38,600 nt of DNA from Chloroflexota bacterium (lineage in GTDB: Bacteria; Chloroflexota; Dehalococcoidia; Lucifugimonadales; UBA3495): the NCBI GenBank assembly GCA_022566155.1, contig JADFJS010000002.1, forward strand, positions 1-38,600, given 5' to 3'. The position numbers were made by a program, and so were the translations under genes. This document shows positions 1-7,936 of this stretch, piece by piece; position 1 is the stretch's first letter; each line of letters begins with the position of its first letter. The notes beneath the pieces were generated by a model that saw only the letters and a program-made list of their open reading frames with translations, was not told where the DNA came from and did no database searches.

Positions 1-429
1 CTGTGCCGCCGTTTCGTCGAGCTCTCCCGAAAAGCCGGGCACAATGTAGCCATGTCCCAGATTCCTTTCTTCCGCTACTTCTACGTGGCCGCCACAGAGG
101 CTGAGGCCAGGAAGGACAGCCAAGACGCCCTCAACTGGACCCTGGACATGACACAGTGGCGCCGTACCTTCACCGTCGGCAGCGAAGTGAATCTACGGTT
201 GCAAGACTGGCGAGATACCCGCAGCGAGCTGCCCCCCAGCTACGACTATCTCTGCGAGCACCGGGCGATCATCGGCACGCCCGACCAGTGCGTGGCCAAG
301 ATCAAGGAGCTGCAGCGACAGGGCATAGAATATTTCGGGTGCAACTTTTCCTTCGGCGGCCTGGAGCACGAAAAGCTCTTGCGCTCCATGGAGCTATTCT
401 CCAAAGAGGTTATGCCCCACTTCAAGTAG
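1..429 (+). CDS. Luciferase-like (LLM class) flavin-dependent monooxygenase, 3' part; open from the window edge
   Basis: Frame is open from base 1. C-terminal IIGTPDQCVAKIKEL...RSMELFSKEVMPHF is typical of the LLM family. Confidence 0.85.
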   Translation: MCRRFVELSRKAGHNVAMSQIPFFRYFYVAATEAEARKDSQDALNWTLDMTQWRRTFTVGSEVNLRLQDWRDTRSELPPSYDYLCEHRAIIGTPDQCVAKIKELQRQGIEYFGCNFSFGGLEHEKLLRSMELFSKEVMPHFK

Positions 430-519
430 CAGAGACCGCGGGCGTCCCCTTTTTATAGAATGGGTCTGGGGGGGCTCCCAATCTTCTCTCAGCTTTGACC
501 CGTTCGCTGATCCTGGGCG

Positions 520-921
520 CTACCCCTCGGCACGCTCCGGATGGAACCCGGAATGGTCCTCAAATGCGCCCACGGCGGGGTAGATCTGCCGGTACAGGCC
601 TCGCATCCGCTCCCGGATGTAGCTGTGGGCCCGGTCCCTTAGCTGGCTGGGCCGGGCGTTCTGCGCCTGGTATTCCTGGCTCTGTAGCGGGCTGGCATCT
701 TCCAACTCCCAGATGCACAGGTATCTCAGCACACCCTGGCCCTCTTCCAGCAGGAAACGGCGGGCACTTACATAGCCGGGTATACCCAGGCGTTCCGGCA
801 GGTGCTCGTCGTTGTACCACCGATTGAATTCCTCATCGTGCTCCGGGTCCACGTCCATCATCACGACCATGATGGTGGAGCCGATGGATTGCTTTGGCTG
901 TTGGCTTTCTTTGGTTGACAT
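520..921 (-). CDS. EthD/DUF4286-like dimeric alpha-beta barrel protein
   Basis: Motif DVDPEHDEEFNRWYNDEHLPERLGIPGYVSARRF; GGAGGA RBS upstream. Confidence 0.7.
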   Translation of the reverse strand: MSTKESQQPKQSIGSTIMVVMMDVDPEHDEEFNRWYNDEHLPERLGIPGYVSARRFLLEEGQGVLRYLCIWELEDASPLQSQEYQAQNARPSQLRDRAHSYIRERMRGLYRQIYPAVGAFEDHSGFHPERAEG

Positions 922-1138
922 ACTATTTCCTCCACATAAGGCGAGATCTTAGGTGCGCAAAGATGCCGATATAGGGGGGCCATGGAAGCCACGATCTCAT
1001 CGACGGAAGTGTTGCGAGGACGTGCCGGACACACGGCGCCGGCCAGCTTGTCAGAAAATAAGGCCTAGTATACCATTGGGACGTTTAACGACCCTCAGGC
1101 TCAAAAATCCCCGGCCGGGATCACCAGCGAGGAACGGA

Positions 1139-1645
1139 TTGATTCAGCGAGTTAATCTCAAGGTCAACGGCCAGGACCACCAGTTAGACATCCCCGCCCG
1201 GCGCCTTCTGGTGGACTGCTTGCGTTACGAGCTGGGCCTCACCGGCACCAAGGAAGGGTGCAGCGTGGGTATCTGCGGCGCCTGTACCGTTCTGATCGAT
1301 GGAGAGATGGCGGCCTCCTGCATCACTCTGGCCGCGGCGGTGGATGGCGCCGAGATCACCACCATCGAAGGTCTGGCCGGCGAAGACGGCCGGTTACACC
1401 CGGTGCAGCAGGCGTTCATAGACCACGGCGGATTCCAATGCGGCATCTGCACCCCCGGCCAGGTCATGGCCGCCAAGGCCCTCTTGGACCAGAACCCCAG
1501 TCCCACCGAGGATGAGATCCGGGATTGGATGATGGGGAACCTGTGCCGGTGCACCGGTTACTATGGAATCCTGGACTCGGTGGTCAAAGCGGCTGAAGCG
1601 TCAGAAACGTCAAGGGGCGCCAATGCCAGCAACAACGCTCAATGA
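1139..1645 (+). CDS. coxS: CoxS/CutS-like 2x[2Fe-2S] small subunit of a molybdenum hydroxylase
   Basis: GTKEGCSVGICGACTV and QCGICTPG...NLCRCTGY motifs. TTG start at 1139 follows GAGGA; the ORF-track start at 953 looks over-extended. Confidence 0.9.
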   Translation: MIQRVNLKVNGQDHQLDIPARRLLVDCLRYELGLTGTKEGCSVGICGACTVLIDGEMAASCITLAAAVDGAEITTIEGLAGEDGRLHPVQQAFIDHGGFQCGICTPGQVMAAKALLDQNPSPTEDEIRDWMMGNLCRCTGYYGILDSVVKAAEASETSRGANASNNAQ

Positions 1646-2544
1646 TCGATTTTGAGTTTCACAGCCCCACCACCCTGGAGGAAGCCTTCGATCTGCTGGA
1701 GCAGTACGGAGAGGACGCCCGGGTGATAGCCGGCGGGACGGCGCTGGTGCTCCAGATGAAGCAGCGGTTCGCCCAGCCGGGCCACGTGATCGGCCTGAGA
1801 AAGATTCCGGGGTTGAACTCGATAGCGATTGAAGCTATGGGAAGCAACGGCGATACCGGCAGCGTGCGCATCGGGGCGCTGTGCACTCAACGATCTATCG
1901 AATATTCAGAGATCATTGGGCAGAAGCTGCCCCTCGTAGCGGAAACCTTCCGCCGGGTGGCCACCCCCAGGATACGCAGCATGGCAACCATCGGCGGCGG
2001 ACTGGTCCACGGCGACCCCAACCAAGACCCTCCGCCCACGCTGATCGCCCTGGGAGCGTCGGCGGTTTTGACCTCCAGCCGGGGCCAGCGCGTTGTGCCG
2101 GTGGCGGAACTGTTTCTCGACTACTTCGAGACAGACCTCCGGCCGGGGGAGATCCTTACCAGCGTGGTCGTACCCCAGGCGCCTCCGGGTTCCGGGGCAG
2201 CCTACCTCAAGTTCCTTCCCCGGACCGCCGACGATTACGCCACGGTGTCGGTCGCCGCGGTGGTTACCGCCGGAGAAGACAATATGTGCCGGGACGTCCG
2301 CATCGTACTGGGCTCTGTGGGCGTCACCCCGGTGCACGCGTCGGACGCCGAGGATAGCCTGCGAGGCCGGCCTCTCAACGAAGAAAATATCCGTGCCTGC
2401 GCCGCCATGGTCAGCGATCTGGTAGACCCTCTGGACGATTATCGCGGTTCTGCCGCATACAAGCGGGAGATGGCCCAGGTGTTTACCCGGCGGGCCATAC
2501 AGCAAGCAATGGCCGCTATGTCACCGGAAAAGAACAAGGATTAA
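1642..2544 (+). CDS. coxM: CoxM/CutM-like FAD-binding medium subunit
   Basis: AGGT and ATIGG FAD motifs, DYRGSAAYKR; ATGA overlap with coxS. Confidence 0.9.
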   Translation: MIDFEFHSPTTLEEAFDLLEQYGEDARVIAGGTALVLQMKQRFAQPGHVIGLRKIPGLNSIAIEAMGSNGDTGSVRIGALCTQRSIEYSEIIGQKLPLVAETFRRVATPRIRSMATIGGGLVHGDPNQDPPPTLIALGASAVLTSSRGQRVVPVAELFLDYFETDLRPGEILTSVVVPQAPPGSGAAYLKFLPRTADDYATVSVAAVVTAGEDNMCRDVRIVLGSVGVTPVHASDAEDSLRGRPLNEENIRACAAMVSDLVDPLDDYRGSAAYKREMAQVFTRRAIQQAMAAMSPEKNKD

Positions 2545-2559
2545 GCAAGGGATCATAGA

Positions 2560-3018
2560 TTGAAGCTGGAAAATCGCTGCCTGGTACCGGCGGACCTGGA
2601 CACCACCTGGGAATTGATCACCGACATTCCCCGGGCCGCCGCCTGCGTCCCCGGGGTAAAAGACGTTTTCCTCGAAGGGGAGAACCTGTACCGAGCCTCG
2701 CTTCAAGCGAGAGTTGGACCCATGGGATTCACCATGTCCGGGACCATCCTGGTGCTGGAGCAAGACCGGGAAAAGGGCGAGGCCAGGTTTCAGGTCAATG
2801 CCTCCGACCGGCGCCTGGGCGGCTCCATCCGGGCGGACATGACTTTGCGCCTGAGCGCTCAACCCCAGGGCCATACCGAGTTGCTCATCATCACCGACAC
2901 CACGTTTATGGGCAAGCTGGGAGAGATGGGACAACCCGTGATCCGCCGCAAGGCCAGCTCTACCCTGGAGCAGTTTGTCAAAAACCTGGCTAAATTATTA
3001 GAGACTCCCTCCGCCTGA
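2560..3018 (+). CDS. coxG: CoxG/SRPBCC family protein
   Basis: WELITDIPRAAACVPG and GKLGEMGQPVI motifs; position after coxSM. Confidence 0.8.
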   Translation: MKLENRCLVPADLDTTWELITDIPRAAACVPGVKDVFLEGENLYRASLQARVGPMGFTMSGTILVLEQDREKGEARFQVNASDRRLGGSIRADMTLRLSAQPQGHTELLIITDTTFMGKLGEMGQPVIRRKASSTLEQFVKNLAKLLETPSA

Positions 3019-3297
3019 CGCCTGTCCCGCCGCATCCTCCACTGTCCATCCCACGCCAAGCCGGAACGGAACGCCGGCACACCGCTATCTTTATCGACCG
3101 CAGGCTTTCTCTTTGTCCCTGAGTTAACGTATCGACCCTGGGCCTACATTGTCCTTTTTACCCTTTTCCCTCAACTCCCCTCTCGGTCCCGGAACGTAAT
3201 TGTTCCACACCGGGTCCCCCCAGCCACCCCACTCCAAGGTGCTGCCACCCACCCATAGGGTTTAACGCCCTGTGGGTAACCAAGGTGGCAACCCCGT

Positions 3298-3326
3298 GTG
3301 CCAGCGTTATGGGCCAACCCTACACT
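3298..3326 (+). promoter_or_regulatory. Candidate sigma70 promoter of the archaellum operon (GTGCCA-17 bp-TACACT)
   Basis: 4/6 and 4/6 matches to consensus with optimal 17-bp spacing. Predicted start about 3332 coincides with the base of a long hairpin. Confidence 0.45.
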
Positions 3327-3330
3327 TATC

Positions 3331-3417
3331 TGAACACCAGGGAACGGCGAGCCGCGGATGAGTGGGCCAGGGCAGAAGGCTTCCACATCCGCCGACAACG
3401 CCGTTCCTAGCGGTTCA
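3331..3417 (+). ncRNA. Structured 5' leader (long interrupted hairpin) upstream of arlB
   Basis: Nested pairings: TGAAC 3331-35 with GTTCA 3413-17; GGAACGGCG 3341-49 with CGCCGTTCC 3399-3407; GCGGATG 3354-60 with CATCCGC 3386-92. Confidence 0.5.
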
Positions 3418-3459
3418 CACATATGTGGGCAAATCTTAATTTCGAGAGGAGAGTTGACC

Positions 3460-4089
3460 ATGACCAGTATAAGGGGCAATTTTTTGCAGAGGCTACGGTC
3501 GCTGTTGCCCAGCCAACGAGGCATCACCGGACTTGAAACCGCCATCGTCTTGATCGCCTTCGTGGTGGTCTCGTCGGTGTTCGCCTTCGCGGCCCTGTCC
3601 ACCGGCCTGTTCTCCGCCGATAAAGCCAAAGACACCATTCAGGCAGGGCTTGCAGAGACCAGGGGCAGCATGGAGCTCAAAGGCTCTGTGGTGCTCACAT
3701 CGACCGTCGGCACCACCGGGGTTGTGTCCAACATCGCCTTCCAAGTGTCCAACGCCGCGGGCGGCGAGGCCATCGACCTGACCCCTGGCAAAACTATCAT
3801 CAAGTACAACGATGAAACCCAGTCGAGGATCTTCGACGCCGACAGTGGCTTTACCGTCACCCCAATCGGTAGTGCCGACAGCGACAAACTGCTTGAGCTA
3901 AAGGAGATCTACCAGATCGACATTATTAACCTTCATATCACCGGCGACAGTACCAGCAAGAATAATTTGTTGAACACGCTGGGTACCAACACGACCTTCA
4001 GCTTGGAAATAATTCCACCTAGGGGCGCAGTGCTCTTCATCGAACGCACCACGCCCGTTTACATGGACATCAGTACTTCGCTTGACTAA
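3460..4089 (+). CDS. arlB: Archaellin (archaeal flagellin ArlB/FlaB)
   Basis: Class III signal peptide QRG|ITGLETAIVLIAFVVVSSVFAF typical of archaellins; DSDKLLELKE motif; FSLEIIPPRGAVLFIERTTP C-terminus; GAGAGGAG RBS before ATG 3460. Confidence 0.93.
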   Translation: MTSIRGNFLQRLRSLLPSQRGITGLETAIVLIAFVVVSSVFAFAALSTGLFSADKAKDTIQAGLAETRGSMELKGSVVLTSTVGTTGVVSNIAFQVSNAAGGEAIDLTPGKTIIKYNDETQSRIFDADSGFTVTPIGSADSDKLLELKEIYQIDIINLHITGDSTSKNNLLNTLGTNTTFSLEIIPPRGAVLFIERTTPVYMDISTSLD

Positions 4090-4109
4090 CGGGCTACCTG
4101 TAAGTCGTG

Positions 4110-4138
4110 GGGCCGGTGGTACGCCAAGTACACCGGCC
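4110..4138 (+). terminator. GC-rich hairpin just after arlB (partial terminator or mRNA stabiliser)
   Basis: GGCCGGTG(G)TAC-GCCAA-GTACACCGGCC inverted repeat with no U-tract. Confidence 0.5.
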
Positions 4139-4280
4139 GGCACGGCAAATTCCGGCCCGGTCCAGCCAGCACAGTTAGTGGGCGCCTCACCCGAGCAGAC
4201 CTCGGCGGTGATATCCGTATCCCTGGAATCCACCACCGGGGCCTGTTCCCAAATACGACCTCCGGGCACAGGGATTCATC

Positions 4281-6065
4281 ATGGCGGATAAAGACACACG
4301 GGTAGACGCCCTGGAGGACGAGGTCAAGGTTCTCAAAGGCGAGGTCAGGCGGACGCTGGTGGACCTCCGGGCATTGCTGATGCGAGAGGACTCGCCCCTC
4401 AATGAAGGTTCGTTGGGACGCAGATCGACACCGATAGACTATGGCGCCGATGAAGGGCCTCCACAGGCACGAAAGGAAGTTACCGAGACGACAAAGGTGA
4501 TCGAGAACGAGCCGGCGGCGGCTGTACCGAGCGCCCCACAACCGGCTAATCCTGGTCAAGGAATCGGAAACGCCGCTCCACCATTTGCCGGTGTGGTCCC
4601 CGGTGGCATGTTTCCACCCCAAATGGGTCCTCAACCGGGGGCAGGTTGGCCCGGTCCTCAAGCAGTCCAAGCACCACCACCCCCAGCGCCAGCGCCAGCG
4701 CCAACACCACAAGCGTCGCCCGGCCTCGATGCGGCCATGGCCGAGCGAGAACGAAGGATGGTCGAACAGGAGCAAAGGATGGTGGAGCAGGAGCGGAGGA
4801 TCGCCGACCAGGAGCGGAAGATCGCCGACTCCGAGAGCGCCCGGGACCGCCGAGAACAGGACATCGCCAACGATGCAGTTAAACGGGAATCTCCCACTCC
4901 AGCCAGCCAGCCGGATTCCGTCGTGCCCGAAACAGTACGCACGTCTGTCGGAGGCAGGATGCAGGAAACGCCCACTCCAGCCAGCCAGCCGGATTCCAGC
5001 GTACCCGAAACAGTACGCACGCCTGACGAAGGCAGGATGCAAGAATCTACCCCTCCAGCCAACCAGCCGGACAGTGCATCCAAAACGGATCGCCCGCCCG
5101 AAGAAGTCAGGATGCAGGAAACACCGGCTCATGACAGGGAATCGGATCCTAGGCAGTCTGAGATGGAGCGCTCGTCCGTTGAAGTAGATCCGGAAATGAA
5201 CGGTATGGATCGGCCGGAGCCGCGGAAACGTCCTTCCGGCCGGATCCAAAACCAAGAACCCGAGGATGGTCAATCCGAGGAACCATCCCAGCCGAGACGG
5301 CTTGCCTCCCGTGGAGAACCCAGGCGTGAACCAGCGAACGACGATGTAGAGGTGGACTATGAGGATGGAGATCAGTTCGCCGGTAAGGATCAGATCGATG
5401 AACCCTATGATGACGAGTGGAACCAGCCGGACCGCGACATCTCATCTGGGCCCCGTCAAGAACAGCGGGGCCGGAAGCGAGTCTACTATGACGAAGACGC
5501 GGAGGCTGCCAGGCCTCGTTCCAGACTCCAGCATCAGGAGCAAGACTCGGCCGGCGCCTCTCAAGATTCTGATCGCCCTTCCCGCCGGCGGGTCAAGCCG
5601 GCGGAGTGGCGTCAACAGACCCAATCTGATAACGGACATGGTTACCATGAGAAATATGACGAGAATCAGAATATTAAACGCAACGGTACCGGCAGCCGGG
5701 TCTATGAAGAGTACTTTCAGCTCTTGTCTGAGACTGAGGAAAGCTACGAAGATAGCGGCGAAGCCTCCCCATCGGCGCCCATGGACATCAACCTGGTAGC
5801 CAGTTTGGTGCGCTGGGCATCGATCGCCAAACAAAGGGTGGGAGAGGACCGGTTATACGACATCCTGGAACTATACCTGCAATCGGGGCATGCTACCCCG
5901 GGGCTGCGCGAACTGCTAACACAAACCTCTGGGATGGCCGATGCTATGCCCCCTGAAACCAATCAAACCGCCCAAGAGTGTGTGGACCTGATATCCCACC
6001 TCCACGGCATACTCACCGGTTCCCTGGCCATCGCCAGAGTCCCACAGTTAAAGTTGCCGGCCTAG
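4281..6065 (+). CDS. ArlD/E (FlaD/E)-like archaellum accessory protein with a long disordered, repeat-containing middle
   Basis: N-terminal coiled coil; C-terminal LVRWASIAKQRVGEDRLYDILELYLQSG resembles the FlaD/E domain; lies between arlB and arlG. Confidence 0.7.
   Translation: MADKDTRVDALEDEVKVLKGEVRRTLVDLRALLMREDSPLNEGSLGRRSTPIDYGADEGPPQARKEVTETTKVIENEPAAAVPSAPQPANPGQGIGNAAPPFAGVVPGGMFPPQMGPQPGAGWPGPQAVQAPPPPAPAPAPTPQASPGLDAAMAERERRMVEQEQRMVEQERRIADQERKIADSESARDRREQDIANDAVKRESPTPASQPDSVVPETVRTSVGGRMQETPTPASQPDSSVPETVRTPDEGRMQESTPPANQPDSASKTDRPPEEVRMQETPAHDRESDPRQSEMERSSVEVDPEMNGMDRPEPRKRPSGRIQNQEPEDGQSEEPSQPRRLASRGEPRREPANDDVEVDYEDGDQFAGKDQIDEPYDDEWNQPDRDISSGPRQEQRGRKRVYYDEDAEAARPRSRLQHQEQDSAGASQDSDRPSRRRVKPAEWRQQTQSDNGHGYHEKYDENQNIKRNGTGSRVYEEYFQLLSETEESYEDSGEASPSAPMDINLVASLVRWASIAKQRVGEDRLYDILELYLQSGHATPGLRELLTQTSGMADAMPPETNQTAQECVDLISHLHGILTGSLAIARVPQLKLPA
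4749..4832 (+). repeat. Four 21-bp (heptad) coding repeats: ERRMVEQ/EQRMVEQ/ERRIADQ/ERKIADS
   Basis: Visible in both DNA and protein; coiled-coil register. Confidence 0.75.
4887..5125 (+). repeat. About 3 tandem 78-bp (26-aa) coding repeats
   Basis: CCCACTCCAGCCAGCCAGCCGGATTCC at 4893 and 4971, degenerate copy at about 5049; protein unit PTPASQPDSxVPETVRTxxxGRMQEx. Confidence 0.85.
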
Positions 6066-6098
6066 ATCGGCAGCCAATGAAATTCCCGGAGACATATC

Positions 6099-6566
6099 AT
6101 CGAAAAATCAATCTCCACAGCTATGTTCCTGATTGCCAGCGTAATCGCCGCGCTGGCCCTGACCAACGCGGTGCTGCCCGCAATGGGGAAAAGCGCCAGC
6201 GCCCTGGTTTCCGCCAATAAATCTGCCGCCGAGCGCATCAAGACCGATATTGCCATTGTTCACGCCACCGGAGACGCGGCCAATGACCAAGTCACCGTCT
6301 GGGTAAAGAATATTGGAACTCAATCAATCAAGCAAATCGACGCCAGCGACGTGTTTCTTACCACACCCAGCAGCGTGCTAAGACTGCCTTATGTAAGCAG
6401 TTGCGCCAGCGAGTGCTGGGATTATTCCATAGAAGGCGGCGGTGCCGCCTGGATCCAAGCGGTGACGGTCAAGTTTACTATAAAAACCAGCGTGGATACC
6501 GGCAATTACAATGTTTCCGTTGCCGTGGCCAACGCAGTTAGAGCCGACAAAGATTTCAGCGTCTAA
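6099..6566 (+). CDS. arlG: Archaellum stator protein ArlG (FlaG)
   Basis: N-terminal TM helix, ERIKTDIAIV and VWVKNIG motifs. First ATG is at 6123, but an in-frame ATC at 6099 follows the RBS CGGAGA. Confidence 0.85.
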   Translation: MEKSISTAMFLIASVIAALALTNAVLPAMGKSASALVSANKSAAERIKTDIAIVHATGDAANDQVTVWVKNIGTQSIKQIDASDVFLTTPSSVLRLPYVSSCASECWDYSIEGGGAAWIQAVTVKFTIKTSVDTGNYNVSVAVANAVRADKDFSV

Positions 6567-6612
6567 ATTTAACGTTTGGGGACGGAATCAACTTTGAGAA
6601 GAGGCAGGCCGC

Positions 6613-7131
6613 GTGGGCATCGTATTAGCGGGGTTTGTGGTAATCACCACCTTCTTGATGACCTCGGTGTTGATGTTTAGCGCATTTTTGTCCGCTTCTG
6701 TATCCCAGGGGGAATCATTGAGGGTGATCACTCACGTTAGCAGCGAAAGACTGGGCAGCGCACTATCCATAACTAGTGCATCCGTTGTCACCCCGGCTGG
6801 GCCGGACGTGGCGGTGCAGGTGGATAACAGTGGCAGCCAATCGGTGGTCCGCTTTGGCGAATTGGACGTGATCATAAAATACACCGATTCGGACAACACC
6901 GCGGCCCTGCGATACCTGGCGTATACCTCGGGCGCACTCGGCAACAACCAGTGGACGATCGCCACCACCGGGGTGCAGCCCGATAACTTCAACCCGGGGA
7001 TGTGGGACCCCGGTGAGACCCTGCCGATAGACCTGCGGGTGTCCCCAGCCATCAAGGCCGGGACCGCCGCAGAGGTAGTGGTGGGAACCCCATGGGGAGT
7101 AAACGATAAGAGTTCGATCGTCAACCCGTGA
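6613..7131 (+). CDS. arlF: Archaellum stator protein ArlF (FlaF)
   Basis: N-terminal TM helix, VQVDNSGS and FNPGMWDPGETL motifs; lies between arlG and arlH. Confidence 0.8.
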   Translation: MGIVLAGFVVITTFLMTSVLMFSAFLSASVSQGESLRVITHVSSERLGSALSITSASVVTPAGPDVAVQVDNSGSQSVVRFGELDVIIKYTDSDNTAALRYLAYTSGALGNNQWTIATTGVQPDNFNPGMWDPGETLPIDLRVSPAIKAGTAAEVVVGTPWGVNDKSSIVNP

Positions 7132-7210
7132 ACGTGCCGGTCCAATCCCGGTTAGTTGGCGAATGTGTCTACGTGCTGGCTGAAACGTATCCCCGAAAGG
7201 AGGTGACATC

Positions 7211-7933
7211 GTGACTACAGGCGCAATGGCGGATGCGGGAGGGATAATATCCACCGGAAGTAGCGAGATAGACAAGAAGCTGGGCGGCGGGATCCCTGTC
7301 GGGTCCCTGGTTCTGCTGGAGGGACAATCCGACTCCGGCAAGAGCGTCGTGTCTCAGCATTTCACCCATGGCTCATTGAACACTAGAATGTCGGCCGCCT
7401 ACTACACCACGGAAAACACGGTCAAGAGCCTGATGACCCAGATGGCCTCCCTTAACCTGGACGTCACCGATTACTTTCTGTGCGACCGATTGAGAGTTTA
7501 CCCCCTGGAGATGTCATCCACTAAGGAAAACGACACCAAGGAGGCGTTCCGGGTTCTTTTGGACCACTTCGACAGTTTACCCGTCAGGTTCAAACTGACG
7601 ATCGTGGACAGCCTTACCGGCCTGGTTTCCCACAGCGACGACCGGGCCATCATCGACTTCTTTGCCTCTTGTAAACAGCTCTGTGATCGAGGCCGCACGA
7701 TTATCGCCGTGGTCCACTCCTACGCCTTCGACGACCGCATGTTGATTCGTATACGTTCGCTGTGCGATGCACACCTGGTCCTGAAGGTGGACCAGGTGGG
7801 AGAGCGGTTGATCAAGATTATGGAGGTAGCGAAAGTTCGAAATGCCGACCAGTCCACGGGAAACATTATCAGCTTCGATGTGGAACCGGGTATGGGCATG
7901 AAAATCATCCCAATCTCAAAAGCTAAGGCTTAG
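7211..7933 (+). CDS. arlH: ArlH (FlaH) RecA/KaiC-like ATP-binding protein
   Basis: EIDKKLGGGIP, Walker A GQSDSGKS, YYTTENT, IVDSLT, FDVEPGMGMKIIP; GGAGGTG RBS. Confidence 0.95.
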   Translation: MTTGAMADAGGIISTGSSEIDKKLGGGIPVGSLVLLEGQSDSGKSVVSQHFTHGSLNTRMSAAYYTTENTVKSLMTQMASLNLDVTDYFLCDRLRVYPLEMSSTKENDTKEAFRVLLDHFDSLPVRFKLTIVDSLTGLVSHSDDRAIIDFFASCKQLCDRGRTIIAVVHSYAFDDRMLIRIRSLCDAHLVLKVDQVGERLIKIMEVAKVRNADQSTGNIISFDVEPGMGMKIIPISKAKA

Positions 7934-7936
7934 ATC

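Noticed and set aside
1139-3018. Aerobic CO dehydrogenase call
   Set aside because: No CoxL, so the substrate cannot be assigned.
3191-3206. LexA box GGAAC-GTAATT-GTTCC upstream of arlB
   Set aside because: The spacer is 6 nt rather than the GAAC-N4-GTTC consensus. It may be another operator but is unsupported.
4887-5125. CRISPR array
   Set aside because: In-frame coding tandem repeats without unique spacers; no cas genes.
4086-5273. 395-aa minus-strand ORF
   Set aside because: Antisense shadow of the repeat-rich ArlD/E-like gene with no recognisable domain.
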